NCBI RefSeq assembly: GCF_006345805.1
Contig: NC_042998.1
Location: 123,008,001 to 123,072,000 of the forward strand
Direction: 5' to 3'
Origin: Octopus sinensis
Taxonomy: Eukaryota
Length of the DNA: 64,000 nucleotides
In this document: piece after piece, positions 39,603-54,073 of the stretch
Numbering within the stretch: the stretch's first letter is position 1
How the letters are laid out: each line of letters starts with the position of its first letter
Translations under genes and position numbers: made by a program
Notes under the pieces: model-generated
Databases searched by the model: none
The model's input: only the letters and a program-made list of their open reading frames with translations
What the model was told of the DNA's origin: nothing

Positions 39603-39825
39603 GTAGTAGTAGTAGTAGTAGTATAATAATAATAACAACAACAACATCAATGAATACCTTAGGAATGAGAACCCAGGTTTGAAATTTCCCTCAGACACCT
39701 GATGAAGGCTGGATGGTATATAAGTCGAACGTTTTGTTAACAACAAAGATAAGGACAAATATCCGTTAATGGTAAATAATGTAAATAACGTACATAATTC
39801 CTCATCTCTTAAATATACATCATTC
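39485..39825 (+). mobile_element. Hammerhead-tailed tRNA-SINE, complete copy
   Basis: A box TGGCGTAGGGG (39495), B box GAGTTCGATTCC (39538), (AAT/AGT/AAC)n, and a tail with CTGATGA at 39699-39705. Confidence 0.8.
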
Positions 39826-41132
39826 TAAATAGTGGTGGATTGATGCCTAGCTAACTCTTAAGTGAATGTGTGTGCGTCTGTGTGTTTATGGAAATTTATC
39901 TATGCAGTATTAGAGGTTTAACATTGTCGATGCTTCGTTTTCTAGATTAAAATGTGTCAACGATTCCATGTTACAATAAGGCCTTTCCGTAGCTTTTTTT
40001 TATCAGATTTTCGTCGAGTGATAGTAAGAAAATTATTTCAGTCGTTCTCTGACCTTAACTTTCTTTGATGTTAAACTAACACAAACATACACACACATGA
40101 AAAGAAATTTTAAGAAAACTTCTAACAGAATAAATAAATAAATAAACAAGAATACAAAATAAAAGATATTTCGAAGTGCTTCGAAGACTTTATTTTCCTC
40201 TTTTCGATTTGCTTGACTTTGAAACTTTCCTCGTTTATTTTTTAACTTATGTGTCATATCTAGAAGGTGTTATTGATTTTTCACCGAAGCAAATTTTCAC
40301 CTAGTCTTCGCTAATCTATTTTCACAGCATTCATTAAACTATTTTCGCGCCTTCTTGTATATCACAGATAGTTTGTAACTGTTTCAATCGACAATCAGGC
40401 GAGTTAAATATCAACACACGGATTGCCTTATGGAGAATTGATACCAAAGGAAAGTTTGAAAATGATTGCTGGTTATTTATACAGGTGATGATTATTCTAT
40501 ACTAACAATAGTTGTATAAAGAAACATAAAATTGTGATTAGATTTAAAACACCAGGAATAATGTGTTAAATTTTGGTTTCTCTCTCAAATATCCTTTACA
40601 ATATTGTAATGATATTCAACAGCTTGAAGTCGAAATATTTCAAAAAGGTATTAATAGAAAACGTGAAGCTCAAAAATCTCATTAATCGAAAGTGGAAACA
40701 CCTACCTAAAGTGAAGTTATCTCAAGCATAAAATTCTTCAAAATTAATATTTCGTTTGTCTATACACAAATGTCTCACGCTGCAAGCAAGTTTCTGTTTT
40801 ATCATGGATGTGATATTACTCGGTTCTTCGAGCCTATTATTTTTCATAGCATTCGAAGAAATAAATGGGTACTGTCAAATTCTGCTCAAAGAATGTAAAG
40901 TGAGTAGAAATCAAATCGTGCCTTGTATTGGAGTGTCTACAAGATAAGTTCCAGAAGATTTAAAATATCTAGTGTGGCAAATCATTGTGATAACAGGTAT
41001 AATAGATGTATATCTGTTCTCACTACTTTATGTAGTATTAAACACTTTCTTCCCTTCCTTGGATTTCAAACCAGTGCTTTTGTTTATATATAGATATCTA
41101 GGCACAGACACAGATATACACACACGCGTGTA

Positions 41133-41353
41133 TACGTGGTAGTATCAATAAGTTCCTAGTTCTAAAGGTATTGTAAAACGCATGCTTGGTAGCCCAACCT
41201 TCACAATTCTTTTACAGGGCTTAGAAAATCTGGAGGAGTACTGCAATAAGTCTGTGAATCTGAGACGGAAATGTGTTGAATAAAATCGTAATTAACTGAT
41301 CCGCCTGTACTTTCTTTTACCCAAAGCCAAGAACTTTTCAGTATGCCCTCGTA
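41133..41353 (+). mobile_element. Internally deleted mariner-like element
   Basis: TA at both ends, imperfect TIRs (CGTGGTAGTATCAATAAGTTCC vs reverse complement CGAGGGCATACTGAAAAGTTCT), and a transposase C-terminal remnant FFLQGLENLEEYCNKSV...CVE*. Confidence 0.7.
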
Positions 41354-41419
41354 TATGTGTATACACACGGAGGACACTAGATATATTTAGCAGTTTTTGT
41401 ATTGAACCCTTCAACATTA

Positions 41420-41720
41420 GTAATGCAAATGTAGCTGTCAGTAGAATGGTTGTCTTTTACTCGCCATGCTATTGGAGTGGCAGGTGTCATTTGCTTCAGG
41501 TTACCACTGGATCACATGTAAAGTCGATTACTTCAAAATTTCCACATAATATGTGGAGCAAAACATTTATCTTGGTCTGCAAGTTTCATTTTGGAGTAAT
41601 CCTTCTATTTTACTTGTATGAGTAGCGTGATGTTTAGTCCCCGAAAACATATTTCCCACAGATGTAATGGAAGTGATCTGGGTCATTGTGACATACACGT
41701 CATGAAGCCATACATATTGA
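41420..41720 (-). mobile_element. DNA-transposase N-terminal relic (Chapaev/CMC-like)
   Basis: Minus strand CHNDPDHFHYICGKY, then (shifted) KLADQDKCFAPHI and PIAWRVKDNHSTDSYIC; family assignment is recalled from motif shape, not searched. Confidence 0.5.
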
Positions 41721-42684
41721 AGCAAATTGAAGTGGAGAAATAAAAAGAAACGCTGCAGTCCACAGTAAACAAAGCAATTACCAATTTGATTCAAGTCCCA
41801 ATAACATCCGAAACACGCATTTAAATCAGTGTTGTAAAAAGTAGACACGATCCAACATGTGTTATATGCGTTACATTTACAGTTGTCTCATTAAAAGTTT
41901 GTAACAAAAATAAACTATCAAAAGCATATTTAAAAGACAAATAGTAACACGTGACGTACTGCACACCATATTAAATTTCTGCAAATTTGGTAATATGTGG
42001 GTGTCTTCTAGATCAAAATTTACACGTGATGGTGCAATCCTAATTTCATATTCAGAAAGAGCTCCTTAAAATTACCTTGAGTCACACTCTTGCTAAATTT
42101 TTTTTCGTTTTGTCATACAGTGTAATTGTTTCTTTATCGTTGACGAGATCCTGCAAAAGACAAATACAGCATAGATGGGGTTAGAAAAAATCTAGACCAG
42201 GGGAAGGAAGTAAAACAACAGATAACTATAAAAAGGAAAGAAAAAGTCGCGATTAAGGTTCATAGTTACTTTGAAGGAATCAAAGAACTGCAGTGATACA
42301 GTATTAAATGTACCATCAAGGGCAAGTAGTCCCTCTCGGCTGTCATTCTCTGAAACGACTCGGCTGAAGAAAAAAGACTAGGTATTTCAATCTCATCCAC
42401 ACTATAGGAGACTCCTAGAAGGCTGCCGATTTTTCCCATAAAAAGAGTCGGATATTTCGACTTATACAGCGGTGTGCGAATGCTGGTGTTGCAGATGAAA
42501 GGTAATGCCTTTATCATTATTATTATTATTTTGCTACAAATCACGTAGCTATCTTGAAAAGAAAAAGACGAATCGTACAGGGAAACAACAAGCAAGAATC
42601 ACTCAGGTATCTTGCATCATCACTAATAAAGATATTAATACATAGATAATAATAATAATAATAATGATAATAATAATAATAATG

Positions 42685-42730
<46 letters not shown>

Positions 42731-42738
42731 TAATAATA

Positions 42739-43632
42739 GTAGAAAGCAAGCTGATGTCGACCAGAAACACACGCATCAATAGTTACGAAGATCAGGGCTA
42801 AAAGCAGAGAGTGAAGGTTTCATATTAGCTGCTCAAGATCAAAGCTTATTAACCCGGAACTACCAAGCCAATGTGATAAAAAATGGAGCTGACCCAAAAT
42901 GCCGATTCTGTAACGATGAGATTGAAACAATAGACCGCCTAATCTCAGGGTGTAGAGTCTTAGCACCTGCAGAATATAAAGCAAGACATGACAGAGTCGG
43001 CCAGTATTTACATTGGACAATATGTCGGTATTATAAAATCAAAACCGCTGACAAATGGTATAAACACCATCCTGAAGCTGTGACTGAGGGAGAAGATGTG
43101 TCGATTCTATGGGACTTCCCCGTACAGGCCGACAAGACTATAAAAGCTAATAAACCGGATATTATTATAAAAGATCAGACAAAAAAGATGTGTTTATTAA
43201 TTGACATGAGTATCCCTTGCGATCACAATATAGCGGCGAAAGAATTTGACAAGATTAGTAAATATAAAGACCTGCTAATAGAAATTGAAAAAATGTGGCA
43301 TCTCAAGGCGACTACAGTACCAGTGATTGTAGGATCTCTAGGAATGATAAAAAAAAAGGTACTGAAACCTATTTGAAAATGATTCCAGGCTTACCATCCC
43401 AACAGGAAGTGCAAAATATCGTATTAACTGAAACGGCTCATGTAGTGAGAAGAGCATTATCGCTGTGAAAACAACATCCATCCATGGATTTATTTATTTA
43501 TTAATTTTTAAATACATATTTTATCTGTGAATTTGCATGTGTAATCTGGGAATGCATACAACGAGCCTCTCTGCCCTAGGTGTATGGAAAACACACGGCA
43601 AGAAACGGAAGAAAATTTGAAGAAAGAAGAAA
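42739..43632 (+). mobile_element. R4/Dong element, 5'-truncated (copy D)
   Basis: SGLKAESEGFIIAAQDQSL, CRFCNDEIETID..SGC, RHDRVG, KPDIII..LIDMSIP..KISKY; (AAT)n at 42645-42738 and 43632-43742. Confidence 0.9.
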
Positions 43633-43655
43633 AAAACAAAATAATAATAATAATG

Positions 43656-43706
<51 letters not shown>

Positions 43707-43769
43707 GTAATAATAATAATAATAATAATAACAATAATAATCTCCGTGACTACTCGAATATGTAAACAT

Positions 43770-44310
43770 ACATTTTATTACAACAACGCTATTAAACGCA
43801 CGATATCAATTAAGGAGATAAGCAACTGCCACATACACAAACTGAACAATTAAAAAAACCTATAAACCACTACAAAACATTTAAAAAGAAAAACAAATTT
43901 CAACGATGGGAACAATGAACATTTGAAAAAAAATGTTGAATCTTCATTACCTACAACTTACTATTAATATCTATACTTTCCTTCTCTCTGAGTATTTGAA
44001 AATGTAAACATTCTTCCAGTGCAAGAACTCTACAGTTTTCTCTGGACGGACACACCAACGATCATCTTTATAAAATTAAAAAAACTTTAATAACTACAAT
44101 TTTCTGTGAAACTTTTACTCTTATTTTCTCCCTGACTATTGGAATACGTAGATATACCTTTTATTGCCACACCAATATTAAAAGCACGATAAAAACTAAG
44201 GAGGTAAGCAACTGCCAATATATATAAACTGTACAATTAAGAAAACTGGAAACCACTGCAAAACCTATAAAAAGAAAATATGTAAAATTCAAAAATTCAA
44301 CGATGTACGT
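43770..44310. repeat. Diverged ~390-bp direct repeat (about 1.4 units)
   Basis: TATTAAACGCACGATA..TAAGGAGATAAGCAACTGCCA (43790) vs TATTAAAAGCACGATA..TAAGGAGGTAAGCAACTGCCA (44176). Confidence 0.75.
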
Positions 44311-44499
44311 ATCAGTATATATATATATCATTAATTTTTCTATCAGTTATTGAAACAGAACAAAGTGAACTGGTCCTTTCCAAGGCCAAGGACAGCCCTC
44401 TCATTGATCGCTAGTAGTAGTAGTAAACACACTTGACCCCTGCTGACCGCAAGGGAGTGACTCTTTTCTTTTGTGCTTTGATCGCACAGGAATACGAAA

Positions 44500-44500
<1 letters not shown>

Positions 44501-44533
<33 letters not shown>

Positions 44534-44546
44534 GCTACTACTGCTG

Positions 44547-44581
<35 letters not shown>

Positions 44582-44582
44582 G

Positions 44583-44668
<86 letters not shown>
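44501..44668. repeat. (ACT)n with (GCT)n interruptions
   Basis: Read directly. Confidence 0.95.
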
Positions 44669-44669
<1 letters not shown>

Positions 44670-44689
44670 TACATAGATTCAACAATAAA

Positions 44690-46215
44690 GGCAGCAATTG
44701 ACAACGTCAATAGAACAAAGACAAAGACTACAACATCAACAACACAGGAAACACCTAAAACCTGCCAACCAGCCTCTCCCTCTGTGGTTAGAGAACATAG
44801 CCAAGTTGGTGACAATAAACATCATTGCTACAGAAGTAAGGACAAAAGCAACGGCACTGAACATGTCCAATGAAGAAGATTACAAGTGAGCTTTGGACTG
44901 TCTGTGAAGCCATTCGGCATGCTAGAAAGAGTAGTTATATATCTTTCAATTAACATCTAACACCGCAGAAGAAGGACAGGTCAGATAGTGTAATTCTGTA
45001 TGCAGCTGTTCATGTGAAGAGCGCAGGGAATTGGTGCCACCCCTGCCCTGCATAGGCTGGAGTAACCTCTGCGTCTGTGGGAGTCCTGTGGGCGAACTTG
45101 GCGTCCCAAAGCCTTGGCTGGCAACCAAGTTAAAGCTGGTTTGTATTAAGGGTAACCCTTTACTGTAAAGAGTAATTCGCATTCTTTGCAATGATGACAA
45201 CAGTTTCTGTTTCCTCTTTTTCTTTCTAAATAGTTCACCTACTAAAATTGAAAACAATTTCAAACCCAAATAAGACTTGAATGGTAAGATTCCTCTGGAT
45301 GTCCAAGACACCAGAACTTCTGCACCTGGCAGAGGCATCTCATCTCAGAGGGCAATGGAGTGGGAAATTATCAGTCTTGATATGAACATAAAGGCTATCC
45401 AGTGTCATGAACAAACCTTGCTAGACAAGAACAATGGCAAATGTAAAACTGTCGAAAAAGATCAGTAGAAGTTTGGAACCAGCTGTGTATGAATAAGAAT
45501 AACTCGGAATAGAAGCTTTCTTAATGAGGCTCGGGAAATTCCTCCGTAGTGGTGATAACTTCGAGGAGAGTAATGTAGGTGAAGATCAGCGAATGCGTAG
45601 CCAAGGTGAAGCTGCAGTACAGAAGAAACCGGCCAATCAATGTAATGTAAAAAAACCCCCAGTATGAGAGGATATGACTGAGGAACAGAGAAACTTCAGA
45701 ATAAGACGCGAGGATATCATAATTACAAGGACAGGGGACAGGCCGGTGAATTTGGGAAGCTTTCTTCGTAACAATGTGAAACGCGTGACCCAAAAGGTTG
45801 ATAAGATTATGAAATACTTCCTGACAAAAGATCTAGCGGGAACAAGGGACTTGATCAGATCCGCTTCAATTTTAGTAGGCCAATAATTTAGAAAGAAAAA
45901 GAGGAAAGTAAACGGACGGAAGGAACCATGATGGAAGCAGAGAATTGAAGGCGATATTAAAACTTTGAGTAGAGATCTGAATCGCATAGAAGTATTGTCC
46001 AAAGGCCAGGGGAAAATGCTAAAGAAGGTGCAAGGGCATGTCTTGACACAAAATACCAAATAGAAAAGAAAGGGTTCAAAATGTTTACCGAAACCCTAAA
46101 ACAATGTGTGCGGCAAGAACGTCAAAGGTGAAACGCTACACTGACCGCATATCGCAGTTCCAGCAAAACCGGATATTCTCAAATAACCAGAGATAATTTT
46201 GTAAAGATCTTATGA
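44690..46215 (+). mobile_element. Degenerate 5' half of a divergent R4/Dong-like element
   Basis: TKDLAGTRDLIRSASILVGQ..RKEP*WKQRIEGDIKTLSRDL and KVKRYTDRISQFQQNRIFSNNQR*FCKDL align by eye with copy A NDLTTLNNLIYSTAKVVTTQ..EPPKWKVAIQKEIESLRADV and RLRRYDKRNKFYRQNKFF. Confidence 0.65.
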
Positions 46216-48109
46216 GGAAATGTGTGCATGCAGCATATTGGACATATATGAATATTTATGACAACAGTCCTGAAGGCATATAGAAAAGTAGTACATACAC
46301 ACACAGGCACACACACACACTGCGCGCGCACGCATTTATATTTGCACCCTCCCCCCACACATTATACATATATATATACATACGTATTGTATACATATAT
46401 GTATATATATGTGCCTGTATGTACAGATATGTATATATATATTGTATATATTCTCAATAGTAAATGACAAAAGATTAGACACGGTCTAACACTTACCATT
46501 ACATAAAAGGCCGCTACGAAATGCGATTTACAATAACTAAATCGTTATATTTTCCAATTGAAAAACGGCTGGGTGGGGTCAATGTGACTGTTAGCTATAC
46601 ATGCTTTTGCATTTTATAGGAAAATCTTCAAACTGTTTGGTGATGATTTTAGCTTTCGAGATGTTTCGTCTTTTCTCTTTTCAAAGTTTAGGTTAATTTC
46701 ACATAGTCGCTTTAGAATTATTCTTGTATCGTGTTCACTGAATCCGGACACAGAACACCGGATATAACACATCTAATATGGGCTCTATTTCTAAAATATC
46801 AATAAATGGCTGATCTTTTCATAGACAATTCAAGCACAACTACACTTCAATCTAATTAACAATCTAGTATTTCCATAAATAGCTCTTGGCTGCCTTGAAA
46901 AATCAGCAAATCTACAGACATAAATTGAAAAGTATTTTAAGTGTAGACTTATTTCTAAAAGCTTCTCTAATTTTGGACAGTAACCAAATATAGAAAATTA
47001 AATCTGCAGGAGATTCTACTGATAAGTTTCCCTGACAGGTTAGAGGGGAAACTAGTGGATGCAAAAGAAAAACAAAAAAAAAAGCTGCCCTTCATGTGAA
47101 AATGAAATTCTTGGTATTCACATTAACAGAAAAGATTTTAAGATTGTGCAAAATGCTTCATTAAACAGCTGAGGCAAATTTGTAGAGTTCATAAGAGTAC
47201 TTGAACAAAGAAATCAAGTTTAGTATAGAGAAATTTAGAAAATTTAGAAAATACCGTGTATTCTTTTTGCATTCTTTGAGTTCTCAAAAGAATTGTGATA
47301 AATCTAAGACAAAGAACTGGATAATTGTTCATTAGCAAGGAGAATGTCTATATAATAATAATCAGAATGCTTGAAGGCCGGTTGGTTCTCTGATGTTTCC
47401 AACTTCAAATCGTATAAAAAGAGAAGAGAGAATAAAAGTGATATAGTGGATGTTAAATTAAGAGAAACAATATGAGTGCACATACGACGCTCGTTGGCAG
47501 GCATTAAACAAGGGAACGCTATACACAATAACTGTGAGAGGGAATGAGGAGGAGAGAGAATAAGAGTGAGAGAGAGAAAGAGAAAGAGAGTTGTCAGGGC
47601 ATGGATGAGGAGTAAGGGGAGAAGAAGGATCTTGATTTCATGACGGGACCTCAGCATAGCTGCATTCTAATAACTATAACAATTGTAAAATAAACAATCC
47701 TTTCAGAGTGAACGATTTTATGTTACCATCGGTCTAGTCAGTGCCCAGATCCTGCAGCTGTGTATATGTGATTGAGACTGGATGAAATGAGTAAAGTAGT
47801 TTGGGGAGGAGTTATACAAATGAGAAATTTATTAAGTTTTATTTTAACATAAATTTATAAAATTTTATTTGAACATAATAAATGTTTTTCTGAGAAAATT
47901 AGCATTCATTTCATAATTTTGTATTAGAATGAAGAACTTTGATGAAAGTTCGCGTGCATGCATGCCATATTTCCTGATGCTAGCTGTTGTCCTAAAAGTA
48001 TAGTTTCAAGTTGACTCATCATATGGCGGGTTTCTCGAGACAATCTATAGTTAATAATGAAAGAGTTGAGTAGTCCCTTGTTTATGATAAAGTTTGTAAG
48101 CATTGGCTT

Positions 48110-48300
48110 CAAATCTAGGCACAAGGCCAGCAATTTAAGGGAGAGGGTAAGTCGATTACATCGACTCCAGTACTCAACTGGTACTGATTTTGTCGACCCC
48201 GAAAGGATGAAAAGCAAATTCAACTTAGGTGGAATTTTAACTCAGAACGTGAAAACGAACAAAATGCCACTAAACCGGCTAAAGTTTCTGCCAGCTCACT
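48110..48300 (-). mobile_element. SINE family A
   Basis: Reverse complement of the family body (GTCGACCCCGAAAGGATGAAA, AACTCAGAACG). Confidence 0.8.
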
Positions 48301-48441
48301 ACCTTACATACATCACTACACTGTATGTCTGTACATACGAATGTAGATATTTGCACAGAGAGAAATTCGCATAGATTTCGGGATATATATATATATATAT
48401 ATATATAAAAGTTGAGTTGTGGGGTTTCGCACGAGTGGGAT

Positions 48442-49545
48442 TATATAAGAAAAAAGGTTTGAAAATGCAATTTAAACGATGTTTATTTACTTAACCGGTT
48501 TCACTCTTTGGTAAAAGATTGTCAAAAGTAACATTTAAGGAAACATTGAATAATATGGGTTCAAAAAAAGTTTTTACATAATTGTCACATTGAATATTAT
48601 GCATTCAAAAAAGTTTTTTACATAATTGTCACATTGGATATTATGAATTCAAAAATGTTTTTTTATACATAATTGTCACATTACATGTATAAATATAGTG
48701 TTTGGTAACAGAGAAGTTCAATAGTGTGATGAGAATATTTGGGAAAATTTGGCAGAAAAGGATAAAACAAATATATTATTGGGAATTGGTTGCGTTAATT
48801 ATTGGTTGTCGCAAATTGTCATATTACATGTATATATATACAGTCTTTGGTATATATATACAGCCTTTTGACAGCAAAAATTAAAATGGATTTTTTATAC
48901 ATCTCAGAATATTTTAAGTTCAAGGCGAGAATATGTTTTTACTGACCTGTCGGTATTAGCAGAAAGGCTGAACTGAGAGAAAAGAAGAAGTAGCCAATGT
49001 GGTGTATACTTCCCCTTTATGCATGAATGATTTTGGGGTTATCAGGAGGTTAGTATGCGGGTGTGAATAGATGTGTCCGTGCCTGCTGGTCAGATAGCGT
49101 CTGTTTGTCACACACATATATATATACACACAACACACACACACACACACAACAACACACACACACACACACACATAGTATACAAACACACACCACATAC
49201 AAACAACACACACACACACACAGAACACACACACCCACACACAACGCACCCACATATATCACATATACACACAGCACACAAATATAACATGTATCTATAT
49301 ATACACAGATATATAACACACATATACACACACAACACACACCACACACACACACACAACACACGCACACATACATACATAATATAAATATCACACAAAT
49401 ACACCTAGCATATATATACACATACAATACATACATACAGCATGTAAATAATACACATACACAATATATGCATGCAATATACATACGCAATACATACATA
49501 TAATATATATATATATAGACAATGCATATACATATATACATATAC
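48442..49545 (-). repeat. Left arm of 1.1-kb inverted repeat (putative PLE 3' pLTR)
   Basis: Reverse complement of 51500-52606 with few substitutions; contains a 3x ~44-bp tandem repeat (48560-48680) and a hammerhead-like motif (48487-48531). Confidence 0.9.
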
Positions 49546-50163
49546 ATATAAATAGTGTTTACATACACATACATAGATGTACCACATATACACACACAAC
49601 ACACACACACACATACATACAATGCATACACATACACGTACGCACACATATAATATATATATACACACACACACACATAACATACATACACAATGCATAC
49701 ATATATATACACGCAATGCATATACATGTATTCATGCATATATAGCACACCTACAATATACATATATACAATGCACACATACCCACACATATATACACTT
49801 AATTGTACACATACATATCCAATACACATACATACAATATACATATACACAATGCGCATGCAAATAATGTACATGTTTATACACACATAAACATGCAAAT
49901 AAATATACACACACACACATACACACACATATATATATATACATATATATACATATATATACACACATACACACATACATACATGCACATACATATATTT
50001 TTTCACACACATACACACACATATATATATATATAAAATTCACCCCCCCACACACACAAATTACAAACCTGTAGCGTACACACTCAAATATATCTCTACA
50101 TACCGCACACACACACAAACAAAGTACTAACATATACACACATACCATGCATATACACACACA

Positions 50164-50217
<54 letters not shown>

Positions 50218-50689
50218 CAAATACACATGTAAATACATACACACGTACACAATGCTCACACACACACACACACACACATACACACACACCCGCACACAGT
50301 GCACACACACACACACATATATACACACGTGCACACACACACAACGCGCGCGCACACACACATATACACACACACGCACACAGTGCACACACACACACAT
50401 ATATAAATACACCCGCGCACACACAACGTGCACACACACACACACACGCACACACACACACACAATACTCACACACATACATCACCTACATATATATAAT
50501 GCATGCGTGTGCATGCCACGTATGTGTGCGGTCAATGCCCGCTAGTGTGTCCTATGCGTGCCGATGCGCGCATGTGCCCGCCCGCACGATATGCTGTGAG
50601 CGTGCGCGCGTCCCTGCGTGCTTGCTCTGGATGTGTTTCCAGGGGGTATGTTAGAGTATGTTTAGTTGTGGTCTGTATTTTTGAATAAG

Positions 50690-51498
50690 ATTACTTTCCT
50701 TATTTATTCGTGTTTGGTCTGTGGTGTTGTCCGAGCATTGGTATAGTGGGAAGACTAAGAATTTGGGGGACTTATTGTGTGCACAAAGGTCTAAGTGTCC
50801 ACTCAGTGGTATCTGTCTTGTGGAGGGGTCCCTCAGTTGTTGTCGGTGAACTGTCATTCTTTCTCTGAGGGTAAGGCTCGTTTGCCCTATGTAGTCTTCG
50901 TGGCATCCTTCACACCTTATGACGTAGAGTAAATTTTTTGATGCGCACGTGAAATTATTTTTTATGATGAATGTGTGTCCCGAGTGGAACTTGTACGACG
51001 ATCCCTCAGGCGTGGGTCTTGATTTAGTTGTGGAATGTTGTTGTATATAATAGTGTAAGCTTCTGCATTCCTTGGGTTGTGTGTTGAGAGATAGGGGAGG
51101 CTATTTACTGTACTGTGGATGTGTTTGGGTTTTCGAAGGTCTTGAATGTTGATTGATTTGGCCCGTTCTATTCCGTTGTCTACTAGTGATGCCGGGTAAT
51201 GTCTTTCGAGAAGAATTGCCCTTAGTTCCCGGAGTCTTCTATTTCGTGTTGTGTCATTTGAGACAATAGTGCAGATTCTTCTCGCTAGGTTGAAGGGGAT
51301 ATTTGTCTTTGTGTGTTTTGGGTGATTGGAGGTGAATAGAAGGTATTGTTTAGAGTCAGTGGGTTTGTAATGGATGTCAGTTTCAATGTTGACGCCTTTT
51401 TTAATGATTAGGATGTCAAGAAAAGGGAGTTGGTCCTGACTATATTCCATTGTGAATTGAATGTTGTTATTTACACTGTTGATAAGGTTTTGGAAGTT
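50690..51498 (-). mobile_element. Penelope-like element coding remnant (RT thumb and GIY-YIG)
   Basis: NFQNLINSVNNNIQFTMEYSQDQLPFLD..., then NLLYVIRCEGCHEDYIGQTSLTLRERMTVHRQQ..KESNLIQKYRPQLN; internal deletion near 50960. Confidence 0.9.
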
Positions 51499-51499
51499 T

Positions 51500-52606
51500 A
51501 TGTATATATGTATATATGTATATGCATTGTCTATATATATATATATTATATGTATGTATTGCGTATGTATATTGCATGCATATATTGTGTATGTGTATTA
51601 TTTACATGCTGTATGTGTGTATTGCATGTGTATATATATGCTGGGTGTATTTGTGTGATATTTATATTATGTATGTATGTGTGCGTGTGTTGTGTGTGTG
51701 TGTGTGTGTGTGTGTGTTGTGTGTGTATATGTGTGTTATATATCTGTGTATATTATATATAGATACATGTTATATTTGTGTGCTGTGTGTATATGTGATA
51801 TATGTGGGTGCGTTGTGTGTGGGTGTGTGTGTTCTGTGTGTGTGTGTGTTGTTTGTATGTGGTGTGTGTTTGTATACTATGTGTGTGTGTGTGTGTGTGT
51901 TGTGTGTGTGTGTGTATGTGTGTGTATATATGTGTGTGACAAACAGACGCTATTTGACCAGCAGGCACGGACACATCTATTCACACCCGCATACTAACCT
52001 CCTGATAACCCCAAAATCATTCATGCATAAAGGGGAAGTATACACCACATTGGCTACTTCTTCTTTTCTCTCAGTTCAGCCTTTCTGCTAATACCGACAG
52101 GTCAGTAAAAACATATTCTCGCCTTGAACTTAAAATATTCTGAGATGTATAAAAAATCCATTTTAATTTTTGCTGTCAAAAGGCTGTATATATATACCAA
52201 AGACTGTATATATATACATGTAATGTGACAAGTTGCGACAACCAATAATTAACGCAACCAATTCCCAATAATATATTTGTTTTATCCTTTTCTGCCAAAT
52301 TTTCCCAAATATTCTCATCACACTATTGAACTTCTCTGTTACCAAACACTATATTTATACATGTAATGTGACAATTATGTATAAAAAAACATTTTTGAAT
52401 TCATAATATCCAATGTGACAATTATGTAAAAAACTTTTTTGAATGCATAATATTCAATGTGACAATTATGTAAAAAACTTTTTTTGAACCCATATTATTC
52501 AATGTTTCCTTAAATGTTACTTTTGACAATAATTTACCAAAGAGTGAAACCGGTTAAGTAAATAAACATCGTTTAAATTGCATTTTCAAACCTTTTTTCT
52601 TATATA
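51500..52606 (+). repeat. Right arm of 1.1-kb inverted repeat
   Basis: Mirror of 48442-49545; begins at the 5' truncation point of the PLE ORF and ends in (TA)n. Confidence 0.9.
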
Positions 52607-52625
52607 TATATATATATATATACAC

Positions 52626-52762
<137 letters not shown>

Positions 52763-52934
52763 AATATATATGAGAGAGAGAGAGAGAGTTAATAATGGTT
52801 ACTGATGTGTACCTACATGCGCATATATGTACATATATATATATATAATATATAATAAATATTAGGGAATATATCCAAATTTACAGGGAAAAAAAATCAG
52901 ATTTAGGATTAAATCCAATTTTATAGTAAAATAT

Positions 52935-53119
52935 TATAAAATATTATTTGAGACAAAACCACTATTTTGCAAAACAAACAAGGAAAGACTTAATCAATAC
53001 ATAAAATTTAATAAATAGTCAAAAAAATTTTTTGACTATTTATTAAATTTTATGTATTGATTAAGTCTTTCCTTGTTTGTTTTGCAAAATAGTGGTTTTG
53101 TCTCAAATAATATTTTATA
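52935..53119. repeat. Perfect 185-bp palindrome (92-bp arms, 1-nt centre)
   Basis: Centre GTCAAAAAAATTTTTTGAC at 53027; the arms appear mismatch-free. Confidence 0.95.
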
Positions 53120-53218
53120 TATATATATAATATATATATATATAATATATATACATACATACATACGTACATACATGTATATATATATGTATATATACAA
53201 TTTTCCGATAGTGTAGAT

Positions 53219-54072
<854 letters not shown>

Positions 54073-54073
54073 G

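Noticed and set aside
48560-48680. Regular ~44-bp repeats resembling a CRISPR array
   Set aside because: Head-to-tail tandem units with no unique spacers, no cas genes and a eukaryotic context.
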